Origin: a virus
Taxonomy: Duplodnaviria; Caudoviricetes
Length of the DNA: 60,540 nt
Virus record (IMG/VR): IMGVR_UViG_3300035701_000034
Coordinates: 1 to 60,540 of that record
Reading direction: 5' to 3' (one strand)
This document shows, in pieces, positions 39,601 to 49,488 of this stretch. The position numbers and the translations under genes were made by a program. The notes under the pieces are model-generated. The model ran no database searches. It was not told the DNA's origin and worked only from the letters and a program-made list of their open reading frames with translations. The stretch's first letter is position 1; each line of letters starts with the position of its first letter.

Positions 39601-40881
39601 GTTATGAAGGATATGGATGCAGCAAAAGCAGCTAATGCACCTGCCGAAGAAAAACCTTCATTAGATTTAAAAAATTTCGCAGCTACAGACGCTGATAAAG
39701 CATCATATCAGGCAAGAGATAATCAGCAATTAAGTTTCGTTGCACAAAACAATGAAAAAATTAATACGATTCAAGATTATTTAGCACTTGAAAAACAATA
39801 TACTCAAGAAAGGGGAGAGAAGATGTTTCATCCTATGGCAATACTTGCATCAATTCAAGCAATGCCACCACAAGAAAGAGCACAATTTAATAATGTCGAA
39901 AGAGTATTAACAACCCAAATGAAAGGTGGTAATGTTCAAGAATCAAAACAAAAATCAAAACAAAACAATATGAACGAAGAAAGAATGTCAAATTCGATGC
40001 TTAATTTGCAAAAAATTCAAAAAGAAACAGCATCAATTGCAACGAAACAAATGGCTGATGCAGATGCATTGAAGCAAGCAAAAGTATATCCAAATCCCGA
40101 TGAATTCTATATTGAACAAGATAAGGATAAAATACAAGAATTTAAAACTGGTGAAGAACTCGAAAAAGAAGCACTAGCCAAAATGGAAGAATTGAAGGCA
40201 TTGGAAAATGTTGGTGATTCAACAGGTGGTGATTCAACAAGTGGTAATAATGCAGCACCAAAAAGAAATCTTACTAAAGAAGAGAAATTGAGATTAGCAA
40301 TGGATAGAGGTGATGGTATGCATAACATTGTGTACGATAATAAACCTTCTGAAAAGTTTGAAAAAAGACTACAGAAAGATATGGGTGAGGATCAATATAA
40401 ATTAAGACAAGAAAAAATAAACTACAGAGAAGATATGCCAAGCTACAATAAAGATACACAACCTGTTATGACAGGTGAAGTCAAAGCACAAGATACTAAA
40501 TTCAAGAAGGGGTATAATGAAGCCTTTACCGGAAAATATACCAATGATTATGGTAAGTCCAAACTTGTTGAATTCCAATTGGAAGATACGGAAGAAGTGA
40601 CTTCAATTAATGAAGGGTCATTCTTGTTAACTCTCGAAGGATTGGGTAATAAGTACACACAAAAAATTAACGAAAGTAAAATTTTTGGTGATGTAGTAAA
40701 AGATTATGATTTTTATTTGAGTGAAAGTAAAGTGATTATGATTAAACGTGATCCTAATGGTGTGCCACCTGCACCTACTGAGCCAGAACTCATAAGCGAA
40801 ACTATCATGGATAAAATGAATCATTTGATTGGATATAGCACAAATGAATTTGTAAATACAAAAAAATCAGTTAGATTCTAA
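36625..40881 (+). CDS. large charged modular protein, probable internal head (core) polyprotein
   Basis: Many [ILVM]-x-E junctions; SKAQQKFMGMVHA.QKGE...ASTK..GLP module seen in large myophage head proteins. Confidence 0.6.
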   Translation: MSDQNFNFKSFKPTMKPPSEMGKKIDSGFKSKMRNVGVNMNSIKENNIPLNEKEESLKKKIFSLPKMETLVMTDEYLSNIYNKLKQDAQETYGYHWNETIMNILFNEYVLDDVGYLQKYKNTKTYNKKRRGQEGVEELEKELQNKVAKAKANKGDEPILKRDKKVSDVDSNKDNLDKFKRGVKQDKENNAMANESQNEVAEKMKILTEGLDKEMNELFGFGAPAPMTSHKASKNDTYFVDKGNNTAVGVISTNLTPEQNQETANKFAGNTLKYSRMPWFVAVQNKIKGVPQQVTDGSIADFQQDAVKYAGVPALGETTGAASSGAYAPALDNQDNTYQNETTTSASSGAFSGPFPAQRKSVLDKPLWVGGTILKESKDYLGNPEAFKKYIEHVESVDKLEEMLNESVDEGSLSMKQHAQNVLNNLNQMTIQNPEVAKLPEFQETLAHWKELALTGQAPNPQEHPQQVSEDHLSTKEEKIDFIVKNSQGKWNSFPMAYTPEQLLAMTDEQVDQIYHTIEHEAGVNENEVDEMFGFGGGGMGSRLNVGSSPSSLKGAGSPQLTKLRGDMRDKMFATNLSGYKNHVINALRHMPSGDKVIGALDKIYDQFVETNMKNSVSPEETARQVSNHWSGVAESKASNRISNRKIHINEEPSFKDAMVKDISYSRGKASDSDSVGELESKDGLFKGKWNNNENINEKSVSKAQQKFMGMVHADQKGELENPSPAVKKAASSMTDKAATDYASTKQAGLPNYVDEKDNNYLMGWPNKGKMITPKENPFDKVQFADNSKHTASDENIFTKIAKLVFPDPNPNQTPESLNAMGEKFVHDFFGTMPPERVYDLLYKKYQKMNLAENKTINHADYKEFFKNKLKASGKSLGSMSPEEKESFFAMVDTEYQSKGEAGVQESMVDDQPDSMARTMDSPELNVSGAPTGGSSAPVAEAAPEVDVEDRESDQGDRQSKEANADAAKFREFLKSNYGVESVAELSPRQKQQVMKDMDAAKAANAPAEEKPSLDLKNFAATDADKASYQARDNQQLSFVAQNNEKINTIQDYLALEKQYTQERGEKMFHPMAILASIQAMPPQERAQFNNVERVLTTQMKGGNVQESKQKSKQNNMNEERMSNSMLNLQKIQKETASIATKQMADADALKQAKVYPNPDEFYIEQDKDKIQEFKTGEELEKEALAKMEELKALENVGDSTGGDSTSGNNAAPKRNLTKEEKLRLAMDRGDGMHNIVYDNKPSEKFEKRLQKDMGEDQYKLRQEKINYREDMPSYNKDTQPVMTGEVKAQDTKFKKGYNEAFTGKYTNDYGKSKLVEFQLEDTEEVTSINEGSFLLTLEGLGNKYTQKINESKIFGDVVKDYDFYLSESKVIMIKRDPNGVPPAPTEPELISETIMDKMNHLIGYSTNEFVNTKKSVRF

Positions 40882-40882
40882 C

Positions 40883-41209
40883 ATGAGTAAGGTTTTGGAT
40901 TATAACGACATTGAATTACAATCATTATTAATTAATAGTGATAAACCTGTGTTTATAGATTTTTGGGCAGAATGGTGTGGGCCATGTAGAATGGTAGAAC
41001 CAGTAGTCTCCGAATTATCAGAGACTTATGAATCGAAAATTATTTTTGTAAAAGTTAATGTTGATGAGAACCCTCAATCAACTGCAATGTATGGTATTAG
41101 ATCAATTCCAACTTTCATTGTAATTAAAAGTAATGAATTAATTATGCGTCATTCAGGTGCTGTACCAAAATCTAGTCTTGTGGAAAAATTAAACAAACTG
41201 TTGACTTAA
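40883..41209 (+). CDS. trxA: thioredoxin
   Basis: DFWAEWCGPC, KVNVDE, YGIRSIPT. Confidence 0.95.
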   Translation: MSKVLDYNDIELQSLLINSDKPVFIDFWAEWCGPCRMVEPVVSELSETYESKIIFVKVNVDENPQSTAMYGIRSIPTFIVIKSNELIMRHSGAVPKSSLVEKLNKLLT

Positions 41210-41232
41210 AATAAAATAAAAATAAATTTTTT

Positions 41233-41259
41233 AAAAAGGTGTTTTCAACACCTTTTTTT
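41233..41259 (+). terminator. rho-independent terminator
   Basis: AAAAAGGTGTT-TTC-AACACCTTTTTTT. Confidence 0.8.
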
Positions 41260-41326
41260 GTTTATATTGAGGTTTAAAAGTATTTATAAATATAATGGAA
41301 ATAAATTTTTTATAAAATTTAATAAC

Positions 41327-41821
41327 ATGAAAAACAATAGCAACAATAATAAAGTACGTATAGAGAAAGTATTTAAAGATGAAGGATATAATGAGTTTGA
41401 AATTATGAAAGAATTAAAATCAAATGGTGTTATGAAAGAACGTATTGAATTGTATCGTGACTTCGTTATAAATCTAATTTGTTATGCGCACACAACGTAT
41501 TTTGGTCGTGATTTTTTGAAAAAAGACGATGATCTAAAGGGTCATTTCAATTGGGCTTTTAATAAAGTGGTTGCAGAATTTGGCCAAGAAGGAATAATGT
41601 TTATCAATACAGTTGAATTACGTGAATATTTTTTTGAGTATTTTACACAACAATTCTATAATTACGATACCTTACCAACAGTAAAGCAGTATATTTCTTT
41701 TTGGGATGATATATTCTCAATTACCCCTAAAAAGCATAAAAATATGATGAAAATACTACTTGATCTTTATCAGGTATTTGATAATGCTTTAGATCATAAG
41801 AAATCTTTAATGGAAGTATAG
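41327..41821 (+). CDS. hypothetical phage protein
   Basis: ATG at 41327; TYFG...HF.W.F.KV..EF; GTATTTAT at 41280. Confidence 0.6.
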   Translation: MKNNSNNNKVRIEKVFKDEGYNEFEIMKELKSNGVMKERIELYRDFVINLICYAHTTYFGRDFLKKDDDLKGHFNWAFNKVVAEFGQEGIMFINTVELREYFFEYFTQQFYNYDTLPTVKQYISFWDDIFSITPKKHKNMMKILLDLYQVFDNALDHKKSLMEV

Positions 41822-41827
41822 ATTTTG

Positions 41828-41858
41828 TTTGGATTATTCAATTATTTCGTTATCTTTA
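41828..41858 (+). promoter_or_regulatory. Bacteroidota-type promoter
   Basis: TTTG-N19-TATCTTTA. Confidence 0.55.
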
Positions 41859-41892
41859 CAACAAAATAATTTTATAAGAAAAATCAAAAAAA

Positions 41893-42144
41893 ATGGATTT
41901 AACTGTTATTAAAAATGACGTAGTAAATGAACTACGTAGCAAGAGGTACTTCAATGAACAAGAAGTTGCACGTCTAGTACAAACTGATCTTATCCCACAT
42001 AAGGAAAGAGTAGAAAAAATTGCATCATTGGTTCGACAAAATGTCAATCTTATTGAAGCAGACAAATTGGTGGAATTATATTTTCCACAAAAACAAGCTG
42101 TTCAAGAACCACAAATGGAAATCACTCCAACAGAACCTGCATAA
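41893..42144 (+). CDS. hypothetical protein
   Basis: 83-aa ORF. Confidence 0.55.
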   Translation: MDLTVIKNDVVNELRSKRYFNEQEVARLVQTDLIPHKERVEKIASLVRQNVNLIEADKLVELYFPQKQAVQEPQMEITPTEPA

Positions 42145-42147
42145 TCT

Positions 42148-42339
42148 ATGGACTTTTCAGAACTTTACCAATTCCTGTTCATAGGTAGTATCTTATATAT
42201 GATGAGTCATATATTTATGTTTACTTACAGATTTGTAAGACGTGTTCGATATAAAATTGAAACGGCCTATGATGTTGGGTTATATGGTAAAGTTCTTATT
42301 TGGCTATCAATAACTATTTTTTTAACATATCTCATATAA
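42148..42339 (+). CDS. small 2-TM membrane protein
   Basis: Two hydrophobic segments. Confidence 0.5.
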   Translation: MDFSELYQFLFIGSILYMMSHIFMFTYRFVRRVRYKIETAYDVGLYGKVLIWLSITIFLTYLI

Positions 42340-42346
42340 CATCAAA

Positions 42347-42904
42347 ATGATTGATTTAAAAAAATTGTCCGAAGAGGATGTACTACAGTTGACATCATAT
42401 TTTCTTGAAAATAGAATTATTAAATTTAGAGATATTCTTCAACCTATTGAAGAGTATTTTTGGAAATTTGATTTTAATGCCATTACTCAAAGTTATGAAT
42501 TATATTTAGGTGTACCTAAAGACTGGGTACACGATATGTCATTATCGGGTTATACAATCTCATTAGTAAATGAGAATGATAATGGAAAAATAATTAAACT
42601 TCATAGTATATCAGAAGAAAATATAGCTGATTTAGATGAATTAATTTTATTTGCAATTGACATCACTCAACGCAACACTGCCATTCTCGCAAAAATCCGA
42701 GAAAAGGAATCTGAACTTCAACAAATGAAGAAGATGATGGTAGATAAACAATTAGAATTAGATAGAGAGATTGAGATATTAAAAACCGTAAAAGTTGAAC
42801 TAGTAGTTGAACCAATTGTCGAACCAATTGTTGAGAAGACAATAGTATCTAAAGAAGACACCGAAAAATTTGTAGAGTTAATAACTAATGGGAAAAAAAG
42901 ATAA
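42347..42904 (+). CDS. hypothetical coiled-coil protein
   Basis: 185-aa ORF. Confidence 0.6.
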   Translation: MIDLKKLSEEDVLQLTSYFLENRIIKFRDILQPIEEYFWKFDFNAITQSYELYLGVPKDWVHDMSLSGYTISLVNENDNGKIIKLHSISEENIADLDELILFAIDITQRNTAILAKIREKESELQQMKKMMVDKQLELDREIEILKTVKVELVVEPIVEPIVEKTIVSKEDTEKFVELITNGKKR

Positions 42905-43124
42905 TAGTGAGAGTAAGAAATTTGAACTGCTCAAACTTGAATTAGATGAGGCAGAATATAAAGAAGTCGAGAAAGAGAAACTTCTTATATTGGATGAACT
43001 TGATCAAACAAAAAAGTATTTAATTAAAGAAGTGGTTGAAGATGGGGAAACTTTTCTCAAAGAAATTGAAAAAAAAGAAAAAAGAACTTTCTTAGATAAG
43101 ATTATGGATTTTATTTTTAAATGA
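42888..43124 (+). CDS. hypothetical protein
   Basis: 78-aa charged ORF. Confidence 0.5.
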   Translation: MGKKDNSESKKFELLKLELDEAEYKEVEKEKLLILDELDQTKKYLIKEVVEDGETFLKEIEKKEKRTFLDKIMDFIFK

Positions 43125-43540
43125 AAGAGACTTTTAATATAGATGAAGAAATTAGTAGAGTTGAAACTGGAAACACTGTTTTAATATCAGGTTTATATGG
43201 AAAAAATTTTAAATTCATCAATAATAAGTGTGGGATAATAAAAAACATCTATCTTCGTAACGAAAGGAATGAATTACTTCATCTTGCAGATGTTAAATTA
43301 GATGAGGACGGTACAATACATGCAGTAAATTTAGATTTCATATTTAAGTTGAATTCAAATAAATGCGTAGATAATATAGTACAACATCTCGTTAGTGTAG
43401 ATAATCCCGTATTATATTATGTTCGAAAAAAATCGATTAAGAGTATTATGAATTTCTACGATGAAGTAGGCCAATATATGTCATTGTGTGTTGATAATAA
43501 AGGTAAATCACATGTTTTATTATTTTCTGGTATTAATTAA
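43121..43540 (+). CDS. hypothetical protein
   Basis: 139-aa ORF. Confidence 0.55.
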   Translation: MKETFNIDEEISRVETGNTVLISGLYGKNFKFINNKCGIIKNIYLRNERNELLHLADVKLDEDGTIHAVNLDFIFKLNSNKCVDNIVQHLVSVDNPVLYYVRKKSIKSIMNFYDEVGQYMSLCVDNKGKSHVLLFSGIN

Positions 43541-43576
43541 ATTTTGTATATTTGTGTCAATTAACCAAATTGACAA

Positions 43577-44344
43577 ATGAATAGTTACAATTTAAGCTCA
43601 ATTTCAAATATGCTGTTTCTCGATATTGAAGCTGTTCGAGAATATAAAACATTTGAAGAATTCATAGCTGCTAGAAGTTTAGATAATTGGAAAAAAGTAT
43701 CTGCTAAACACTATAGTGATGTTTTAAAATCTGACCAGAAACCTTCTGACGCAGAAATTTATCTTGATAAAGCTGGTTTATATGCTGAGTATGCTAAAGT
43801 TGTGTGTGTTAGCATTGGAATGGTTGACATAGTTCATGATGGTGGTAAATATAATGTCACAAAAAAACTATATGACATCACTTCACATGAGGAATTTCCA
43901 ATACTCCAAAAATTTGCAAATCAATTAGATAAGGCAATTGATAAAAATCCAAATACGATATTGTGTGGTCATAACATATTAGAATACGACATTCCTTTTT
44001 TAGTTAAACGAATGATCAAATATAAAATTAAGATTCCTCAACTTTTGAAAAATTCCATTTATGGAAAGCCTTGGGAAATCAAGGTTATAGATACCATGAG
44101 AGATTGGAGAATGAATACAAGTAAATATATGTCAATGGATACTATATGTGAATTTATAGGTATTCCATCCTCTAAACATGGTGAGGTTAATGGTAGTAAT
44201 TTGAGTGCTTATTATTGGGACAATACTCATCAACATAATGAAACTGATAGGATCAATGACCCAATTTTACAAAATATTGCAACATATTGCAAATTAGACG
44301 TATCTAACGTAATAGATATTTGTGTCTATCTTTCGGAAGTATAG
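43577..44344 (+). CDS. PolB-like 3'-5' exonuclease (DEDDy, stand-alone)
   Basis: FLDIE, GHNILEYDIP, IDTM, YCKLDV; TATATTTG at 43547. Confidence 0.85.
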   Translation: MNSYNLSSISNMLFLDIEAVREYKTFEEFIAARSLDNWKKVSAKHYSDVLKSDQKPSDAEIYLDKAGLYAEYAKVVCVSIGMVDIVHDGGKYNVTKKLYDITSHEEFPILQKFANQLDKAIDKNPNTILCGHNILEYDIPFLVKRMIKYKIKIPQLLKNSIYGKPWEIKVIDTMRDWRMNTSKYMSMDTICEFIGIPSSKHGEVNGSNLSAYYWDNTHQHNETDRINDPILQNIATYCKLDVSNVIDICVYLSEV

Positions 44345-44395
44345 CCCTATTAGAGGTTTTTTATGCTTCAAGTATTTATAATAAATAAATACATT

Positions 44396-44617
44396 ATGAA
44401 AGAAGTAATAAAAAACAACATTAAGGAATTATCGATAATGGCATTAGCCTTTGGTATTTTTGTGGCTGTAGCACTATATGTACCAGATGATTCAATTTTT
44501 AAACAAATATTTGCAGGGTTTATAGTTTTAGTGCTAATTGCTAGTGCTGTACTATTAACTCCCCTTGGCAATCCTTTGAAAAGAATTTATAGAAAGTGGA
44601 AAGGACTTGATAAATAA
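44396..44617 (+). CDS. small 2-TM membrane protein, holin candidate
   Basis: 2 TM plus basic C-tail; GTATTTAT at 44372. Confidence 0.5.
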   Translation: MKEVIKNNIKELSIMALAFGIFVAVALYVPDDSIFKQIFAGFIVLVLIASAVLLTPLGNPLKRIYRKWKGLDK

Positions 44618-44619
44618 TC

Positions 44620-45210
44620 ATGACTTTTTTGTATGCATTTCTACAACGTGTAATGTCTGGAATAGTTAGCTATTTTGGATATTCACACAGAGTATTAGGA
44701 TTGGTATTAATGTCAATTCTAATGATTGGTTTTCCGTTATTAACAATGAATTGGAATTTATTTTTTATCATATTCTTCGTTGTTAATGCAATCACTATTA
44801 TAATGAAGATGGTTAGTTTCGATGTCGATCTTGGATTGTCTAATCTTAAATATAAAGATATTCATCTTTGGGAAAGCTTAGTAACTGGTGGTTATGTAAT
44901 GTATCTTATGCTTATAGGACATAATATATTGTTACTTATGTGTTCAGTATATCCTGCACTAATTCTACATAAAGGATTTATTAATCTAGGATGTAAACTT
45001 ACCTTCTTTGCGGAAGCTACTGACGATCCTACAGGAAAGACATATGGAATTCCATTACTTGGAATAAAGGTTAAAAGATCAAGTACTAAATTTAGGCTAA
45101 TTGCTGCAGGTGTATCACTACTTATAGCATTAATAGTACTGGTGTTACATTTTGATATTAGCGTGGGATGGTTTGCAGAGAATCCATATATCTTTCATAT
45201 AGGAAGATAA
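44620..45210 (+). CDS. multi-pass membrane protein
   Basis: Several hydrophobic segments. Confidence 0.6.
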   Translation: MTFLYAFLQRVMSGIVSYFGYSHRVLGLVLMSILMIGFPLLTMNWNLFFIIFFVVNAITIIMKMVSFDVDLGLSNLKYKDIHLWESLVTGGYVMYLMLIGHNILLLMCSVYPALILHKGFINLGCKLTFFAEATDDPTGKTYGIPLLGIKVKRSSTKFRLIAAGVSLLIALIVLVLHFDISVGWFAENPYIFHIGR

Positions 45211-45219
45211 TTTATACCA

Positions 45220-45435
45220 TCATTTTAGTTTGAAATCCTGATCCACCACTATCATAATATCTCCGATTGATTCGATATTTTTGAATGTGTTCCTCATTAT
45301 TTGATTTATAAAATCAGTAGAAAAGTATTGGTATACTTCCATACTGTCTGTAGGTAGGGTAAGTATAACGCTATTATTCGATTTCTTTACAAACTTAACC
45401 GTTAATCTTGCTGTTGTTTTTTGGTAATTTTTCAT
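45220..45435 (-). CDS. hypothetical protein
   Basis: 71-aa ORF coupled to the SbcDC fusion. Confidence 0.5.
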   Translation of the reverse strand: MKNYQKTTARLTVKFVKKSNNSVILTLPTDSMEVYQYFSTDFINQIMRNTFKNIESIGDIMIVVDQDFKLK

Positions 45436-48400
45436 TCTTCTAATTTTATGGTTGATATTTTATTATTATCAATAATAGCTGAGATAACATAATCAGGTTG
45501 AATATCATGATTTTGTTCAATGATAATGAGTTTCTTTACACGTTCTTTAATTACTTTGATAAAATCGAGGAATTCATCAATGCTCTCATCCTTCAATTTA
45601 CCCATAACCTCATCTAACATAAATAGACTGGGTTTGGATTTGATGTTAATTTCATTCAATGCAACCTTTAAAGATATACTAGAAAAGGTACGTTCCTTAC
45701 CAGACCCACCAAGACACTCTATAACTGCATTAGGATGCATTGCATAAGACATCTTTAACTTGAGGTCAGATTCATCTAACCATACGTTGAAGTCAACAGG
45801 CTGCAATAGATTGGATAGGGTGGTATTAATCTTTGGTAGTAGATTATTACGAAGAATTTGGGTTGGAACCCCATCACGATGAATACAATTCATATAAATG
45901 TCCATTACGACATCATTTTTTTGCTGTTCTTTAAATCTTTTAATTAGTTCGTGCTTACTAGTAATTTGTTTTAGATTATATGCAATGTCATTATCCATAC
46001 GGTTAATATCACGCATGAGATTATCCTTGTCGGTTTTTAATTGAGTTAGATCACGTAGAACTAAATCCAATTCCTTTTGGATATTGATATTATCTTGAAT
46101 TTTTGAAAGTAGTTCATCGTGCTTTTTGATTTTATCTTGTTCTGCACGTATCTTAAGTTGGAAATTTTCATACTTGATAGGAATTGATTTCAGATCGTCT
46201 AATAATCGTTCCCTTTTCTCTACTTCAAGTTTATCGTTATTTAGGGTTCCAATCTCAACAGTAATCAATTCGAAACCAATAGATTTTTCACCAATAATTG
46301 CTTCAATATCTAAAATAGATTTCTTAAGTTGGACGATTTTTAAATCAAAGTTCTTATCTGCTGATTTGATCTTTACCTGATCAGCAATATTAAACATCTG
46401 ACTTTCCAGTGCTTTAATTTTTTCTTGAATAGGTATTATCGTCTCAACTGTTTTTTCCCTACCACAAGTTAAGCATGTCTTACTATTATTTAGATTGGCA
46501 ATTTCGTCTTTCTTAGCCTTTCCTTCTCTTTTCAATAATTCAATTTCTCCATTGAGTTTATTGGAGAGTGATATTGTTTGTTCAATTGAAAGACGATGTT
46601 TATTGATCTCTGTTCTTAATTGGAATTCTTCATTTTTATGATTCTCTTTTTTTAGAATAAGAGAAGCAAGCTTTTCAGCATCATAAGAACTTTTCAATTT
46701 AGTTATGTTACTATTTAATAAACTAAGGGTCAATTCTAATTCATCAATTTCTTTCAGATAGTTATGTATTATCTTTTGAATTTCTGTAACATTAAGTTTT
46801 GCAATTTCAGGGTCTATTTGGTGAAATAGTCTGGTAATTCTATCACGATTTAGTTCAGCACTATTAATTTTTTCATCTAATTTTTCAATCTTTTCATATA
46901 ACAGGCCAATAAACATTTCATTTTCCATAATTTGTTTATCTAACATTGCAATTGCAGTAGTTTCAACATCAAGATTACAGCTAACACGATTTGAGGTAAT
47001 TAGCTCCTTCTTATAGTTCTTAAATTCTTTCAATCGAATATCAAATATATCTAAACCAGAATCAACTAATATTGAATCTAAAAATATAGAATTATCAGTA
47101 CTTAGAATATTGTTTAGGGTATCTGCGGTGGTTAATGTGATGCGAATGAAATTCTCATATGTACCTATAATTTCGTCAATACGTTTCTGTGTCTTTAAAC
47201 GATCTTCATCATTTAAAGCATTAAGATCATTTTCATTACTGAAATCATCGTCCGGTGATGTTAGTTTATGATAGTTGACAACAGTACTGGCTTTGATTAT
47301 TTCATCTTCTTTATTCTTGTTAATGGTAGTAACTCTTTTAATACCATAGTATTCCCCATTACAGTCGATAACTAACCCACCCTCACAGCTATTGATGTCA
47401 GTTCTATTGTTAACAAATCTAGCATCCCCAAATTTCTTTCTGGAGTCGGTTTCTAATGATTTCCCATGCTGAATATACGAAAGCAATTGAATTATTGAAG
47501 ACTTACCAGCCGTGTTCTTTCCTGTGATTTGATAGAGGCCATTTTTATCCCTCCAATCGATGTCAATAGATTTGATGTTACGGAAATTTTTTCCCCAAAA
47601 TCTAACAATAGACCATTCGATATTTGTTAATTCTTCAACCACAATACGATTCTCAATAATCTCATCGAGCTTTAATACATCACTGACGATTTCATCATCG
47701 TGACCTATTTTCTTGAGATAATCTTCAAAGATTTTGTGAAGTACTTCTCGCTTGGTGATATTTTCAATAACATCAACATCCTGAGTATCGATTTTATTTT
47801 CTTCGATAAATTCGACTTTGTGTTTGAATGATACTGGTGCATATTTATTTGAAATATATGTCCAGAGTCTTTTTTCGTTTTCAGTGTTTTTTAGTGCAGG
47901 AAGCGTTTGCCATTTTATTCTGATTGATGGCTTAAGTGATATATCCTTTATATCTATATTAAGATTCTCAAAATCGGTGAATCTATTAACTATTACTGTG
48001 TGATAGTTATATTCGTTTTTTATGGGTACGTCTTTATGGGTTTTCTCTAAAACATCCCACATGATATAACCATGAAATTCATCATCACCCTCTGCATAGT
48101 TTTGGGCTATTAGTGAACCACAGTAGGCTTTAGTTTCATTGAGAAAATATTGGTGTTTGTGAATATCGCCAAAGAATGAAAAATCTCCTTTGAAATCGTT
48201 TATTGATCTATAGGTCTTACTTTCAAATTCATATCCTGCAGCATCAATACATCCATTAATAGGATCGTGGAATAAATCTATATAGACCTTCGTAGGGTCT
48301 TTAACGAAATCCTTTGGCCAAGGGTTATTTCTCTTTTCACCGTGTTTCCAAACGCACCATACAACGTTTTCATCCTCAACCATTCCAGTACTGTTGAGAT

Positions 48401-48728
48401 ATGTTATTTTAGGGTTAGCTATTGATTCTACGATAGCCTGTATTGAATCAATTCTATTAGTTGCTGCCTTTAGTACATCGTGATTACCACGAGTAATAAC
48501 AAGCGGTGCTACCTTAGTTAGAGCATTGAGAAATTTAGTAACAAGAACAAGAAGCTCACCTTCGAGTTTAATGTAATCATTGAACAAATCACCTACAATA
48601 ACAATTCTATCGGGTTTATCTGTTCGTAGCGATTTTATCAGTTCATTGAAAACCTGCTTATACTCATCGTGTCTTTTTATTGATTTATGCAAATGTATAT
48701 CCGCAAGGTGAGCTATTTTTTTAATCAT
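45432..48728 (-). CDS. Mre11/SbcD nuclease-Rad50/SbcC ATPase fusion (gp47-gp46-like)
   Basis: ADIH, VGD, GNHD, GDIH; Walker A GKNTAGKSS; Zn hook CLTCG; GSGKE; Walker B FMLDE. Confidence 0.9.
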   Translation of the reverse strand: MIKKIAHLADIHLHKSIKRHDEYKQVFNELIKSLRTDKPDRIVIVGDLFNDYIKLEGELLVLVTKFLNALTKVAPLVITRGNHDVLKAATNRIDSIQAIVESIANPKITYLNSTGMVEDENVVWCVWKHGEKRNNPWPKDFVKDPTKVYIDLFHDPINGCIDAAGYEFESKTYRSINDFKGDFSFFGDIHKHQYFLNETKAYCGSLIAQNYAEGDDEFHGYIMWDVLEKTHKDVPIKNEYNYHTVIVNRFTDFENLNIDIKDISLKPSIRIKWQTLPALKNTENEKRLWTYISNKYAPVSFKHKVEFIEENKIDTQDVDVIENITKREVLHKIFEDYLKKIGHDDEIVSDVLKLDEIIENRIVVEELTNIEWSIVRFWGKNFRNIKSIDIDWRDKNGLYQITGKNTAGKSSIIQLLSYIQHGKSLETDSRKKFGDARFVNNRTDINSCEGGLVIDCNGEYYGIKRVTTINKNKEDEIIKASTVVNYHKLTSPDDDFSNENDLNALNDEDRLKTQKRIDEIIGTYENFIRITLTTADTLNNILSTDNSIFLDSILVDSGLDIFDIRLKEFKNYKKELITSNRVSCNLDVETTAIAMLDKQIMENEMFIGLLYEKIEKLDEKINSAELNRDRITRLFHQIDPEIAKLNVTEIQKIIHNYLKEIDELELTLSLLNSNITKLKSSYDAEKLASLILKKENHKNEEFQLRTEINKHRLSIEQTISLSNKLNGEIELLKREGKAKKDEIANLNNSKTCLTCGREKTVETIIPIQEKIKALESQMFNIADQVKIKSADKNFDLKIVQLKKSILDIEAIIGEKSIGFELITVEIGTLNNDKLEVEKRERLLDDLKSIPIKYENFQLKIRAEQDKIKKHDELLSKIQDNINIQKELDLVLRDLTQLKTDKDNLMRDINRMDNDIAYNLKQITSKHELIKRFKEQQKNDVVMDIYMNCIHRDGVPTQILRNNLLPKINTTLSNLLQPVDFNVWLDESDLKLKMSYAMHPNAVIECLGGSGKERTFSSISLKVALNEINIKSKPSLFMLDEVMGKLKDESIDEFLDFIKVIKERVKKLIIIEQNHDIQPDYVISAIIDNNKISTIKLEE

Positions 48729-48731
48729 CTA

Positions 48732-49115
48732 TTAATATTTTTTACCATGAAGTTTATCTCTGGTGGAATTGTATCGCATTTTGTGCTTGATATGATATTC
48801 AAGATCAATATTCATTTGTCCTGCCAAATCGAAGATTCTAATAATGGTATCAGCTAATTCATCCTCAAATGAATCTTTGATGTTTTCTTTAAAATTCTCT
48901 ACGAATTGTTCGCTGGTATATTTACCGCTTTCTGCTAAAAATTTATCGAATGCATCGATAGCAGCATATTGATTTTTTCTGTCGGCCTCTAGAGCTTCCC
49001 CTAATTCGGAAGTTATCAGCATCAACTTCTCACCTAAATTCCAACCTGTATTATCCCAAAATCCCTTTTCCTTGGCAGTATTATGTGCCTTGGCAACTGT
49101 TTCATTAATTCCCAT
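48732..49115 (-). CDS. MazG-like NTP pyrophosphohydrolase
   Basis: LITSELGEALEA, EDELADTIIRIFD. Confidence 0.85.
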   Translation of the reverse strand: MGINETVAKAHNTAKEKGFWDNTGWNLGEKLMLITSELGEALEADRKNQYAAIDAFDKFLAESGKYTSEQFVENFKENIKDSFEDELADTIIRIFDLAGQMNIDLEYHIKHKMRYNSTRDKLHGKKY

Positions 49116-49198
49116 CTATATCATAGTAATGATAAGATTATTGCTATTTGGCCTACTGACCAATAGCAAACATAATTAAAATTTAGACAATAAACAAA

Positions 49199-49486
49199 TT
49201 ACAGAGTCACAGTCTTATTTCTTTCTAAAAATTCGTGTGATTTACGCAGAATGTAGTTCTGGTAAGATTCTTTTGAGTCGTATGGTATAAAAAACCACTT
49301 CTTTTTTTCGAGTTTAAGATCGAAAGGTATTCCAGAGGGAATGACATTCAAACATTGAAGCAAAGCTTCCATACCGCCCAACCATCTCATTCGTTCAATA
49401 TGATGCATTGTTTTTTTTGATTCTACCCCATTAATAAATAGATAATTTTTATGGAGGTTTCGTAAGGTTGATTCAGGATCGTACAT
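49199..49486 (-). CDS. hypothetical protein
   Basis: 95-aa ORF. Confidence 0.5.
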   Translation of the reverse strand: MYDPESTLRNLHKNYLFINGVESKKTMHHIERMRWLGGMEALLQCLNVIPSGIPFDLKLEKKKWFFIPYDSKESYQNYILRKSHEFLERNKTVTL

Positions 49487-49488
49487 GA

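Noticed and set aside
42800-42835. Short VEPI repeat (also poly-Ser near 1655 and GDST x2 near 40215)
   Set aside because: Trivial micro-duplications in linker regions
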